This document shows, one piece after another, positions 1 through 12,960 of a stretch of 64,000 nucleotides of DNA (within the stretch, counting starts at the first letter, position 1; every line of letters starts with the position of its first letter). The notes below the pieces were generated by a model, which saw only the letters and a list, made by a program, of their open reading frames with translations, had not been told where the DNA came from and searched no databases. Both the position numbers and the translations under genes were made by a program. The stretch is taken from positions 873,478 to 937,477 of the forward strand of contig NW_018406583.1 in NCBI RefSeq assembly GCF_002113885.1. Reading direction: 5' to 3'. The stretch is from Mizuhopecten yessoensis. Its lineage: Eukaryota.

Positions 1-839
1 ACAGGAAGCGTAACCATGGTAATATCGATGGGTACCTGATGCTATTGTTCTGAGTAAACATTGTACCAGTCGGAATACCTCGAGCCGATTCATACACCCG
101 GGACACCTCGGCCAATGTTCCAAGGAATGGTCTATAACCACGAACTTAGATAATCTAATTCCGTCCTGTAACTGACTTAGCTCATCTATAGATTCGGCAC
201 TGCATTATATACAGTTCCAGACACCGATCGAGATAATATGTTATGTGCTTAGTTTTCGAGCAAGTCAGAAATTGTTTTTGCATACACTCTCGCTCGATCT
301 ATTAACATGATACAACTGATCATGACTTTGCAGATATTGTCTGAATTTCATACTTTCAACATATATAATAGTTCACTCATCTAGAGCCTCACATTTCTAG
401 TGCAAAAGGATGGCGTTAGTTTATAATAGTTTTACCACTAATGCAAAAAATAAACATGTATCTTAGAATAATATTTCTTAATCTTATCTCGTCGGTAGAC
501 TTTCAAGCAGTTTTTGACGTCCTGGTTTAATATAAAAACTAGCAAAAGCTATACGTATACATTTTCACGTTTTCCCAAGCATCAGATATCGATATATCTT
601 TACTGAATGATTTATTTTGTAGTGGGAAAGGTCAGAATATGTATGTTTATATTCTAACATCCAGTGAAACAGCTGTGGTAGTGGTTAAGTTCAAAAAAGC
701 TGCTGTTGCTGTTAGCATTTTTTTCTGGATTTGTGTAGTTAAAATATCTCAAACTCCTGCATAAATTGTGCCCTTGTGACTACAGACTCAATATCCTAAG
801 AGTAAATAAGTTCATTTCACCTGACATTTAATGTAATAA

Positions 840-1060
840 TTATAATAATATACAGCATTTGACATAGCGCCCTATCTAGGTAACATAAGCCACTGTAAAG
901 CGCTTTACAGTACACATATACATAATTAATACAATTAGCATATACATTAATCAATACAATTTTTGAGGAATTCGCAGGAGCTACCTTATCAGGCGCTTAT
1001 AACTACTAGTCCTATGCCACCTGGCTAATATCTCTCTATGTGTGTATGCCTGCGTGTATG
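840..1060 (-). mobile_element. 3' fragment of the SINE family seen at 23390-23835
   Basis: Reverse complement matches gagatattagccaggtggcataggactagtag...ctcctgcgaattcct...tgtactgtaaagcgcttt...ctagatagggcgctat. Confidence 0.8.
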
Positions 1061-1135
1061 CTGCAGATGAAGTGCTATTCTCGCGACAAAAATAAGCTGA
1101 AAATGTCAAAATTTAGGCACATCAGTTGAAGCAAT

Positions 1136-1440
1136 TAGGGATCCTTGTCCCACAATCGGGAACCGTCGGCACTTTCCGTAAACGAGAAAATATTCTTGTT
1201 TACGAAAAGTACCGATGGTTCCCGATTGCCCTGTCCTAATGCACTGGTTTTTTTTATCCATGTACAATGACCTCCCCTTAACTTTTGTTCGATATAACTG
1301 TACTACAGGTCAGAACTCTTCCGGTGACCAGGTAGCACAGTCAGTTAGATTGAAAATTTAACAATCTTAAATCCATGATCCGATTACCGGTCAATCCCCG
1401 CTGAATTTACTGTTTTTGATTATGTTTTGTTATTTCATCT
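1136..1440 (+). mobile_element. Dispersed repeat with degenerate tRNA-like segment; related copy at ~30400-30612 (-)
   Basis: gatccttgtccc...tgaccaggtagcacagtcagttaga resembles the reverse complement of tctaaccattgagccacctggtca...gggacaaggatc. Confidence 0.5.
1153..1228. repeat. 76-bp hairpin (mini-MITE-like)
   Basis: 36-bp arms caatcgggaaccgtcggcactttccgtaaacgagaa / ttcttgtttacgaaaagtaccgatggttcccgattg, 4 mismatches, 4-nt loop. Confidence 0.85.
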
Positions 1441-1652
1441 TTATCATTTCTACATGAATGGTCAGCAAGGTATGTTTTTATTTTCAGAATGATTTATCAA
1501 TGCTTTAAAAAATAAAAATGAAATTGAGAAAAAAAGGTTCAAATACATGTACGGTCGGCCAGGTGACACTTTCAAGACCATGATAAGGACAATTTATTGT
1601 TAAATTCAGGAGTGAATATGTTTAAATATTATACCATATATAGAGGATATTT

Positions 1653-1760
1653 AATGGTGTCTTCAGTAATACCAAATATATTTCACGAGTGTGGCTAATA
1701 TTTTAATATTTTTCACGAGTGCCCAGCACTTGAATATTTGGTATTACTGAAGACACCATT
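1653..1760. repeat. Inverted repeat at the end of a non-autonomous element
   Basis: aatggtgtcttcagtaataccaaatat ... atatttggtattactgaagacaccatt. Confidence 0.75.
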
Positions 1761-1890
1761 TACTTTTCTATTTATTGCATTTTTAAAGCATAAAACATGA
1801 AAAATGTAATGCCGTAATAATTAGCGCCATTTCTAATGACGTCACGCTTGACAACAAGGCTGCGCGCCATTTTGAATGTTCTGCTATGTT

Positions 1891-4800
1891 CAGGCTTCGG
1901 TATCACAAACGTACTTAAGCTGAGATTTGAGTCCGAACTCAAGAACTCAAGCTCAGCGTCCGTATTTCGTTATCACAAACTTAAAACTCAGCTCAACGCC
2001 TCAAGCTGAGCTCAAAAAGCTGAGACTGCCCAAGAGCAGACTTAAGTTCGAACTCAAGCTCCGGAACGAAACTGTTTGCTATAAAATGGCAGGCTTGTAA
2101 TGACAAGAAAATGCTTTTACAATATTGATTTGTCACAATCATCCAAAGTGTTGGAGACACACACAATCTTTACTAGACAATTATGCAGGTAAACCATAAA
2201 TATTGTCAATTTATTTGCCATTTGTTGAAAATACAGTCGTTTTAATAAGCCGTGAAATGAGTCTGAGATGAATGGGGTCCGAATACGATAGCCCTGGGCC
2301 CGAGTGCGATTTGAAATATAAATAATCTATGCGTTATAGTTTCCAACCAAAGGACTTTACATGAAAACCGAGCATGTGATATTTTAAATGATGTATTTTC
2401 ATGTTATTTTACTTTTTGTAAGACGATATATCGTGGCTTGTTTGTGTCCAAGTCGGACCGACTTTGGGCAGGTGACAGTACCCAAATCGGATCACCAAAC
2501 GATCATTTTATTAAATCATTGAAAAATCTGAGGAGGAATTATATTCATTTATGGTTGTATCAAAAAAAGAATATCGATGGGTGTTCTCACAAACGAAATT
2601 AGCACCCTGGGCTCACTTGAGATATTTATAGAACGCTCTGAAGTCACCAATCAGCGTCTCCGGTTTTTGAGAATGTCGGGACGCAAATCGGATCACGGCT
2701 TGAATTTTGCAGTATCGTACGCTTCAAATGAATATTTTTTTGTCAGCATATTAACATTTTATGATAACCTTTAGAATTTATATGACAAAAAGTATTTCTA
2801 TAGTGTGAATTGCTAGCTATAGTCCAAAACAGAGTGCATAGTCGTCGCACGCGCCATTTTTTAAAAACGTAATCAAAACATTGACATTTGAGTTTGAATT
2901 ACGTTTTCTTGCGCTATTTGAACTTAAAAAACTAATTATCTGTAGTCATAAAATGGTGCATGGCTATCTATTCTAAGACTACATCATTGTTATAACTGAT
3001 TTGTTGACACATTTATTTTTTTATGAGTAGTTTTGCAAAAAGTAATCCGATTTGGGTACCGATCCGATTTGGGTACTGCCACCTTGTGCTCCGAGATGAT
3101 GTTACAATATAGACAATATTTCGGTAAAATAACAACATTTGAATGTGTTGACATGCAATTCTGGGTACAATCAGTAATTTGTTTCCATAATTTACACATA
3201 ACAGTATATATTTCATTATGAAAAATAACAAAAACGATGCAAATACCTCGTAATGTAATTTCTCAAGAACGTCGTCTGATCGTTAGAAGCGCCTACTGAC
3301 CATGATCAGTAATACTAAATACATTGCGGGACTTAATTAAATGCACCAGACAGCGACTTATCATCCATGAACGCATTTAAGGTTTTAAACCAAGTAGTTT
3401 AAATATATGCTATTTTATACCAAAGTATATACAGAACCAGTTGAACAAACAAAAATAATTTCCTTGTGAAACATGATTTCAATGATTGATAAAAGTGGGG
3501 CAAAGGAATGACTAGATTGGAGTATTATGCCACAGGGACCTTAAAATGTGTTACTGCTATATTTAGACCTAACGTAAGGTGTTCAGAGTAAATAGTTTAG
3601 GTCCAAATATAGCGGTTACAAATTATCAGGTCCCTGTGTATCTCACCACATGGTAGTTCTGCGGTGTATTTGCAATCTTTAAATGTGTATGTAGATATAT
3701 CCAACAGATTTAGATAACAAAATATATACATATGATATAATTCTATGAACGGTCGTTGTTTTACATGTACATACGATTGCATGGCTTTTAAAATCCATTA
3801 AATGTCTGGGGTTATTTTTTCTCGTTATATTTTCATAATTTGCAGTTTCGCAGTTTTCAAGATACAACAGCTGTATCTCAGGAATTACATATTTTACCAT
3901 AAACTTTTAGTAAGATAAAGAACAAAATGACGTTATGCAAAAAGTATAGTTTCCTCTGCATAATAATTAGCACATCTTGAAAATCGCTCAACGAAAAAAA
4001 TTAACCGCATTGTGAAAGAAATATCCAGATAACTCTTTTTCATGTTTCAAATATTTCTCTCGATAAGTAACATTATAAATGAGATCAGGAAAACTCACTG
4101 ATATATGAAGAAATGCAGGAAATTAAGAGGGAAAAAGATAACTGTGAACTTTAATTTGGCACGGGACTGTACATATAGGTACATGTAGATAACATGATGT
4201 ATATAAATAGATCATTTTAACAAAAAAATATTTAGATTTTAAAAAAAAATGTTTGAAAAAAAGATGGAGGTGGATTGTGGAAATTTCCATAATACAAAAT
4301 TTTCTGCATTTACTACATTTCACATTATAAGGAATCACTTCTCACTACCTATGCCAATTGCAATAATGATTAAATGACGATCAATGACAACGTAAAGTAA
4401 CCAGAAGAAATGAATATCGTTCATGTGGAATTTTTAAACCCGTATTTAATAAATGTTTGCAACAATGTAAGTCTATTATTTGTAAAATGTGATGGATTAA
4501 GGAAATCAAGGACAATATCTATTAGGCTTCACATTAAAAAGTGCGTTTTTAGACATATTATATCGAACACTTTCACCTCAAAATATAACATATATATACA
4601 TGTGTATTGTATAATCGAAGGAATATATACACGTCTTGATTAGCTACATGTATTAGGCAATGTCACTTAAAAGTACCAACAATAAAGTTAGGTTTTACTA
4701 TGAATAGTCTTTGAGTCACGACTATGTACAATACATCTCCCAGTCTCGATTGGTAGACCTGTGGTTATTGGGTGTTCAAATTTTACAAAAAAAAATGTCA

Positions 4801-5480
4801 CTTAATTTCTTGTCCTAAGTTTAAAAAAAGAGAATCATAACACTCGCCCGTTTTGTGTCGCACCTGTAGTATATTCTTGATCACGTCGTGGTACCAAGTA
4901 TTGAGTACAAAGTAAACGCAATGTCCGCGACGTAGCCATTTCCTCTAGATCTTTGTCGTTAACGGAATCTTTTTGACCACACAGGTTACAAATTAATCTT
5001 TATTTTCATCATAGGAGCTTTCTAACACCTTTGCCTTTGCTTACCTCGAAAACTGACGGACACGGGAATCGATCGCATGAACACGTTTATAGCATGTTCT
5101 GATTTATTTTGAGTGAAGTAAATGCCTGTTGTTAAAAACAGTATTATTGTACTTAAAAACTGTTACGAAGATTATACCTCTTCTTCGTTTAATGATATTA
5201 AATTATTTCAAAATTCTTTCATCGTAAACATGTGATTTGACACACAACAAGTGCGACATCGCGCGAAAAACTGCACAGTCTTGATACGAGAAATGTGCTC
5301 ATTTAGGTGTGAAGAGTTCAGCGAAAGTTTACGTCGGCAAGCTCAGCTGAGCTTGAGTTTAACCAGCCGAGCTTAAGTTTTACCAGCTTTGTGATACCCA
5401 TTTGGCGGTAAATCTCAGCTGAGTTCAAACTTAAGATTTGAGCTTGAGATTGGAGAAAATGTTTGTGATACCGAAGCCTG
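1891..5480. mobile_element. 3.6-kb non-autonomous DNA transposon with 20-bp perfect TIRs (possibly PIF/Harbinger-like)
   Basis: caggcttcggtatcacaaac at 1891-1910 and gtttgtgataccgaagcctg at 5461-5480; subterminal ctcaagct/agcttgag repeats at both ends. No transposase ORF and no clean TSD. Confidence 0.8.
2470..3083. repeat. Internal inverted repeats, probably a nested element
   Basis: ggtgacagtacccaaatcggatc (~2471-2493) versus gatccgatttgggtactgccacc (3061-3083). Confidence 0.55.
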
Positions 5481-6119
5481 GTATGATTGCTTATACAAAT
5501 GTTATTAATTGTTTATTCATGTAAATACTTCAGTGTGTGTACCAAACATTTACCATAACAACCACTTTTTCTACCGTCGCTTTATTTTAATCTGAACAAA
5601 ATAATCATTGCCTTTGAATGCAGCGAATAGAAGATATCCGTTATGATTGATAAATACAAAAAAGTGTTATTTTCACACTGAAAATATCACTTTTGATATT
5701 TTTGTCACAGTGTGAAAGATATCAGTTTTATCAAGTTGAAGCTATAGTCATTCTGGGAGCAAAAGTCGCATAGTTAGTTTTTTTCAATAGTGGCACAGGG
5801 ATCCTTAATTTTCTTGAATGACGCTATCAATGTGGATTTTTTTTTCAGGTATTCAAAATTCAGATATGATGACCCGGATGTATTTCCACGTGGTTGTGAC
5901 GTCTTATCCCCTTCAAGTCATCCAGGATGTTGGGACTTAAAGTGAACAGGATTATTATCGGTTTTTCTTGAGAATATGGAATATTTGTATCCTATTTGAG
6001 TGTGAAGCTTACGAAAATCTCACCCACTACAACAACTGAAATGTGACGGTCACATCGTTTAGTCTTAATGGAGAGTTTTTCAATAGCGTACGAAGCATTA
6101 CGATGAGAATGACGTAACG

Positions 6120-7367
6120 ATGCATGGTAAACTTATCCGGGCGCTATTGAGCGCCATGCTGGTCGGATCATCCGGGTTCCTTATAGGGCTCATGTACACA
6201 ATGGAACAACAAAGGGCAGTTACTCCAGATCCTTTCAAGATTATGACCACCGCTTCTGTGTCGCGACACATGTCAAATATGACGTCAAATAGCTCGTCAT
6301 ATTCAGAATCATCAGTCAATTCATCGCTGCCTACACCCAATACTACAGTGGAAGCTTATGAGACATTTCTAAAATACGACCCAAAAAACTTTTCTTATCC
6401 GGCCGATTTCAATTTGAAACAAGCTGTACATGATCTTATTGATAAGAATAATTCAATTCCGGAAGTACACAAGAGGATTCACTTACATAACTTCGAGTAT
6501 CTACATTCACCTGAACCATGCACATTTCCCAGGGACGAAAAGAGAAACAGAAATATGTTAATATTGGTAAAATCGTTTGCAGGTAATTTTAATTTACGAA
6601 AAACACAAAGAGCATTATTAAAGAAAACTAAATTGCTTGGTCGCACTAAACAAGTTTTTATACTAGGATATAACGCCACCTATCAGGATTTCGTTGACAC
6701 GGAGAGCCGTAAGTTTAAAGATATCATACAGGAGGACTTCGTTGATACTTACCTCAACAATACCTTAAAAACAGTCATGGCTTACAACTGGGTCGACACT
6801 TTCTGCAGGGATGCGTCCATCTTGTTTTTTGTGGATGACGACTACTATGTGCATTACGATAAAATCTTTAAGCATATACGAGCTGTGTTTCAACAAAAAA
6901 GTACGGGTATATTCGCAGGAACGTTAGCCAGTAGAGCGGTTCCATACCGCCGTCACGAGACCGTCTGGTCCTTGACGTTTGACCAATACCCGTACGACTA
7001 TTTCCCGCCCTATATAGGGGGCGGGGCGTACATTGTGTCTCATGACGTTGCACACAAATTTGCTGTTTCCTTCCCATATGTGCAATTTCTTGGAATAGAC
7101 GACGCTTACCTTGGTATCGTGGCCAAAAAGCTTGACATACCACCATCATACAATCCAAACTTTGACACGGCAAAACGGACAGCTTTAGCGCGGGAATGTT
7201 CTCACAGCGCTCAAGAATTGGCCAATCATCAATGTCCTATCGCTAAACGTAAGAGTGAATTTATACATTACAGGCGTCCACGTAAACCCGTTAGTTGGCT
7301 TGACATCTTACCTGTGGTTATTTTTCTTAATTTGTTATTTATGATTGGTGTATGGTGTTCAAACTAA
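6120..7367 (+). CDS. GT31 beta-1,3-glycosyltransferase, brainiac/BRE-5-like, single domain (gene G1, 415 aa)
   Basis: Motifs ILVKS, IIQEDFVDTYLNNTLKTVMAYNW, FFVDDDYY (DxD), YPYDYFPPYIGGGAY, GIDDAYLG and ECSH. N-terminal hydrophobic segment, Ser/Thr-rich stem, hydrophobic C-terminus. Splice acceptor ttttttttcag ends at 5848. Confidence 0.93.
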   Translation: MHGKLIRALLSAMLVGSSGFLIGLMYTMEQQRAVTPDPFKIMTTASVSRHMSNMTSNSSSYSESSVNSSLPTPNTTVEAYETFLKYDPKNFSYPADFNLKQAVHDLIDKNNSIPEVHKRIHLHNFEYLHSPEPCTFPRDEKRNRNMLILVKSFAGNFNLRKTQRALLKKTKLLGRTKQVFILGYNATYQDFVDTESRKFKDIIQEDFVDTYLNNTLKTVMAYNWVDTFCRDASILFFVDDDYYVHYDKIFKHIRAVFQQKSTGIFAGTLASRAVPYRRHETVWSLTFDQYPYDYFPPYIGGGAYIVSHDVAHKFAVSFPYVQFLGIDDAYLGIVAKKLDIPPSYNPNFDTAKRTALARECSHSAQELANHQCPIAKRKSEFIHYRRPRKPVSWLDILPVVIFLNLLFMIGVWCSN

Positions 7368-7637
7368 TCACGTGACTGTGTTCATTTTTTACAATACATA
7401 GTTGTAATATTAGTGCATGTTTTATAGAACACTGTTTTTAGTGGATCTGAACAACAGTAATCAGGAAAGTTGCTGTTCCGGAAATTCTCTAGTACGGAAG
7501 CTCGCTATCATGGAATCTCGCTATTCCGGATACTAATGTTGAAGAAATGTTGTTTTTCGTCTATCGCGGGAGATTTTATTTTTCACTATTTTTTTCTGAT
7601 TTTATTTTTTTGATTTTCAGAAATTCGCTTCTTTCAA

Positions 7638-8333
7638 TTATATACGCCCGTCAAATTTGACGGTAGTATTATGGTATGGGGTTGTCCGTCCGTCCGGCGT
7701 AAACTTTTGTTTGTCCGGCAATCTCTTCCTACATTTTTCGACCGATCTCTTTGAAACTTTGAAACTTGGTATACATTATAATCATGATATGAAGTTGTGT
7801 CTCCCTTAAAAGAATTTTGATTTCATAATTTTTCCAAAAGTTATTGCACTTTGTTCATTTCAGTATTTGATTTTTTGTCCGGAGATCTCCTCTTACATTT
7901 TTGTACGGATTTCTTTGAAACTTAGTAGGCTAAATAATCATTATATGTTGGTGTGTTTCCTTGAAAAGAATTTTGATTCAACCATTGTTGCAAAAGTTAT
8001 TGCCCTTTGTTTATTTCAGTATTTGATTTTTGTTCGGCAATCTCCTCCTACAGTTTTTTAACGGATCTCTTTGAAACTTGGTATACATTATAATCATGAT
8101 ATGAAGTTGTTTCTCCCTTAAACAAATTTTGATTCGACGATTTTTGCAAAAGTTACTGCCCTTTGTTTATTTCAGTAGATGAGTTTTTGTCCAGAGATTT
8201 TCTCCTACATTTTGTATAGCCTGTCAGCTAACCACTCTTAGAATGATGCAGATCTTGTTTCAATGAAAGAAAGTATATAACACTATATGGCATTCGACGG
8301 GCGTATATTGTTCCGCTCGGCGGTACTCTTGTT
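7638..8333 (+). mobile_element. Helentron-associated interspersed element (HINE / DINE-1-like) with internal ~160-bp tandem repeats
   Basis: 5' subTIR tatacgcccgtc, short IR, (gtcc)n microsatellite, about 3 core repeats, 3' subTIR gacgggcgtata, stem-loop ccgctcggcgg, then ctcttgtt. Confidence 0.88.
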
Positions 8334-9843
8334 GTTTTTGGAAACTCGCTATTACGGAAAGTCGCTACTCAAACACCTCGCTATCACAGACGAAAATGTT
8401 CAGAATATCTTGTTCTCAGTTTAATATTGAAAATGTAGTACTTCATTTTTCCGAAAAACAGTTAGATTAATTCATCTGCTACTTGTAGTTAAATGCAAAT
8501 TAACCTTAAGTCGCATGATGTACTAATTTCAGGCTATCAAATACTTTCATTTATGTGTTTTTTTCTAACGTCAGTTATTTTTTTATTTGGATCATGAAAA
8601 AATTAAGATTTCTGTCCATGTTTGAATGTTGTTTGATATAATATTTGCATGGCAAAACATATATACTTGTTCATATTTACAACATATGTAAGTATTGATT
8701 ACTTCCTAAATCTCAGACTGATATTCAAGAAATATAATTATTAATTTAAATTTGATATTTATACTTTAGTCAAACACTGTTTTTTTTTATCCAAGGTTTT
8801 TGATGTCGGCCTTACGAAAGTTTCATAAATCTTTTACATTTCTAAATCTATAAATACGAGGTAAAGCGACAAATTCCAATATTTTAAAGATTTTCGTGTT
8901 TAGTTGCTCAGCACTTAATGAAGGTTAAGCTACGTAAGCTTTGAACAGCTGGGTCAAACAACTCCTCTTTTCTGCCATCGAGTTTACGACTTTGGAATTC
9001 GTTAGACAATACAATAAGAACATTACCATCTTTAAATACTTTTAAATCTTCTATATTTAGTGGTACAAATTCGTCTCCGCCATCTTATTTTAATTTTGGC
9101 GAACGTAAATTAAATATATTACATACGAAACTCAGGAATCAGTGCAGCTCTTTGAAAAATGATTTGTTCCGTGTTAAGATTGTTTATAATCCATCATGCG
9201 ATTGTCGACATTCTTGTGAGGATATTGTCCATTTCTTCTTAGAATGAAAGCTTTTTAATACAGCACGAATTACGCTATTTCAAAACATAAGCTCGTTGAA
9301 TATATATCCAGTTAATTTATCTTTATCTTTATTTGGCAATGTAAATCTGTCCGTAGATACCAATACAGAAGTATTCAGACACGTATAATTTTTCATCAAA
9401 TCCAGCGACAGGTTTTAAGTAAAATATAATAATTGTATGATATAGTATTTAAATGTTATCATGTAAATATCAATATGCAATGTATTAGAGGAAAAGATGT
9501 TGATAAGTTAATATAACTTGTGCCTAATCCTTTGCTCAAATTGGGGCAAAAAATATTTATGTTTAAATAAAAATAATCAACATCTGGGTCCAGAATATAT
9601 AAGTTTCTATACACCACTAATCACCCGGAAAAATAGATTCCGGAATATCTATAATCTGCTCAATCTCTACCTAGAGTGGTCGTTCCTCACACTCATTACA
9701 GCAGCTAAAAAGTGGTCTGCATAATAATAAGCCTCTGATCATGTATCATAGTCATGTGTCGTCAAGCCGTACAATATAAGCGGCATACGACAAGGTGGAT
9801 AGCATCGACCTCGAGCTCATCAGTGTACAGAAAAAGTGAGTGT

Positions 9844-9947
9844 AAAGAACAACAACTCTTGGTACAGATAAAGAACGACAACTATGGGTACAGATAAAGA
9901 ACGACAACTCTGGGTACAGATAAAGAACGACAACTCTTGGTACAGAT
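9844..9947. repeat. 27-bp tandem repeat, about 4 copies
   Basis: aaagaacgacaactcttggtacagata repeated. Confidence 0.85.
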
Positions 9948-10520
9948 TGTGGTCTGCTGTTACTACCTCCTATAATAATTTATCTTCAACATCTACATTC
10001 ATTGATCAAAAATGTATTACTGATAACTTACTATTTATAATATTTTCAATCGATACCTTTATGAATTGTTTACAATACTTCTCGTAAAATGTTGGAAATA
10101 GCTATTCATTTACATTCTAGTTCATGTGTGATAATTTCGATATATGAGTGTATGTATTTAAACTATTATGTGATTTTTCCTTAACATTTCATTTTACATG
10201 AGTAATAATATAAAACCAAGTTCTATCAGTGTTCAATATTTATTGTTTGTCCATCTCCATTTTCACAGATTATTTTTGGTTATTAACTCACAATGGAAAA
10301 CAATCCACAGACACGCATGTATTAAAGAAAGTTAGGTATCAGTACACTATATTTCAGTTAAACACGTTTTTCAAACCTGGAATGACGTAAGGTTTAATAT
10401 CAAACTACGAGTCAGCAAAGTTTAGCATGAAACTGTGAGTCAGATGAGGTTTTGAATTGAACTACGGGTAAGCTGAAGTTTGATACGGTAGTACAGTACA
10501 GCCACTCACTTACATCTCGG

Positions 10521-10592
10521 TAGTCTCGTTCAACCAGACGCTTGATCACTTGAAATATGCAAAGATAAAAAGAGTCTGGTTGAACGAGACTA
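10521..10592. mobile_element. 72-bp MITE with 19-bp TIR and 9-bp TSD (acatctcgg)
   Basis: acatctcgg|tagtctcgttcaaccagac...gtctggttgaacgagacta|acatctcgg. Confidence 0.9.
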
Positions 10593-10927
10593 ACATCTCG
10601 GTCGACGGCTAAAACGTTCTCCGCATTATCATATATTTACATTTGGTGTGGCAAAGCCCTTCTATATTACTACTAAAGTACTGATAATAGCAGCTTCATC
10701 TTATGAGACTATAACTGAAGTTGGTCTTTGCACCTCCGAGCGATTAACAGTGTCACTACCGAACTTATCGGTATCTTCTGCTTTGATCCCGAAAACCAGT
10801 TGCCTGTCTCATGTGTCTGTGAGATCAACAAACAAATTTACGCCTGGATTTTTCACCAATTCAACCTTTTCCGGTTGCACGATCAACATCAACATGCCGG
10901 ACTGCAAATATAACTCTGACCTGATTA

Positions 10928-11025
10928 TAGTCTCGTTCAACCAGACTCTTGTTGCCTGCGCAAGCTACGCCGAATAGAGAGTCTCTTGAATTACAGGCGA
11001 TCAAACGTCTGGTTAAACGAGACTA
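10928..11025. mobile_element. 98-bp MITE of the same family, opposite orientation, 9-bp TSD (acctgatta)
   Basis: acctgatta|tagtctcgttcaaccagac...gtctggttaaacgagacta|acctgatta. Confidence 0.9.
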
Positions 11026-11350
11026 ACCTGATTACTGCGGGCTTCCGTTGAGTGCGTGCGCCGGATATAGGTTTTAAAAAAATCGGAAAATGTTTTACGA
11101 CACTTGATTAGTTACTTACAAAATGTTATTTGTTACTATTTTATGAATTAAGAATAAGATATGTATATATATTAAAAACAAATGAATTATTAACGAAAGT
11201 TGCGGAGCCTTTTCAATTTTGTATGGTAAATAGCGCGTGACGTCAGCTGTTATCTTTGTGCCGTTCTAGATAACGGTAATAAGCGGGAAATTTGAAAGTT
11301 GGAAAAAACAAATTATTTTTTTGCGAATTCTCATTACGGAAATATAAATA

Positions 11351-11481
11351 TAAGCAATAAACTGCATAGATGTGGCAGACCAACTGGTATCATTAAATTT
11401 AGCGAGCACCATTCAGTTTGTCTGTGACACATGTGGCAGTTATACGAGTTGGTCTGCCACATCTATGCAGTTTATTGCTTA
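11351..11481. mobile_element. 131-bp hairpin/MITE
   Basis: taagcaataaactgcatagatgtggcagaccaact ... agttggtctgccacatctatgcagtttattgctta. Confidence 0.85.
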
Positions 11482-11970
11482 ACTAAAGGACGGTCTGACA
11501 TTCTAGCTTCAAAATAAACCCACGCGTTCATGAATGAGTAATAGATTTGAAGTCTTGTGTATGTTTTAAAATAAGAAATGTTATTCTCTCATGATGAATA
11601 AAAAAAAATAGTTAATTATTAGAGATGATTTTTATTTCCGTTGATCTTGAATATATGATTCTATTAGCAGAGTTGAATAAAATAAGAATTCATCAGGTTT
11701 CAGGTTCCGTATGCCGAAACAAAAATGTGTATTTTCATGGAAGATAACGTACATTCAGTGAATATCTATGTGTTCGTATTTTTATAACAATCATCTCACA
11801 ATATTGCAAAATACATGTAAGTTGTGTTCAAAATTATATCGGAAATCAAAAGGATTTTTTTTTTATCCACATATGGAGGCCACATAACAATTTCCTAATC
11901 TCTCTCTTTTGGGTAAAGGTCGACAAACACGGCAAAGTGTGAATTTAACGGCGAGAAAGCTATAATTCGA

Positions 11971-12960
11971 GAATACGACGGAGAGGACGCTACGACATCA
12001 GAATACGACGGAGAGGACGCTACGACGTCAGAATACGACGGCGAGGACGCTACGACGTCAGAATATGACGGAGAGGACGCTACGACGGAGAGGACGATAC
12101 GACGTCAGAATACGACGGAGAGGACGCTACGACGTCAGAAAACGACGGAAAGGACGCTACGACGTCAGAACACGACGGAGATGACGCTACGACGTCAGAG
12201 TACGACGGCAAGGACGCTACGACGTCAGAATACGATGGAGAGGACGCTACGACGTCAGAATACGATGGAGAGGACGCTATGATGTCAGAATACGACGGAG
12301 AGGACGCTATGACGTCAGAATACGACGGAGAGGACGCTTCGACGTCAGAATACGACGGAGAGGACGGTATGACGTCAGAACACGACGGAGGGGACGCTAT
12401 GACGTCAGAATACGACGGCAAGGACGCTACGACGCCAGAATACGACGGCGAGGACGCTACGACGTCAGAATACGACGGAGAGGACGCTATGACGTCAGAA
12501 TAGGACGGCAAGAACGCTACGACGTCAGCATACGACGTCAAGGACGCTACGACGTCAGAATACGACGGATATGACGCTACGACGTCAGAATACGACGGAG
12601 AGGACGATACGACGTCAGAACTCGACGGAGAGGACGCTACGACGTCAGAATACGACGACAAGAACCCTACGACGTCAGAATACGACGGAGGGGACGCTAT
12701 GACGTCAGAATACGACGGCAAGGACGCTACGACGTCAGAATACGACGGAGAGGACGCTACGACGTCAGAATACGACGGAGAGGACGGTATGACGTCAGAA
12801 CACGACGGAGAGGACGCTATGACGTCAGAATACGACGGAGAGGACGCTACGACGTCAGAATACGACGGCAAGGACGCTACGACGTCAGAATACGACGGAG
12901 AGGGACCGCCAACGCGAGATTACGACGACGAGGTAGCGAAGACGCCAGAATACGACCGCG
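11971..12960. repeat. 30-bp CpG-rich minisatellite (~33 units), probably internal to a non-autonomous transposon (~11910-13101)
   Basis: Unit gaatacgacggagaggacgctacgacgtca; degenerate inverted units (gcgtattctcgc, gccgtcgtatt) follow at 13000-13035. Confidence 0.95.

Noticed and set aside
1891-5480. Autonomous transposon
   Set aside because: There is no ORF longer than about 77 aa and no recognisable transposase motif between the TIRs.
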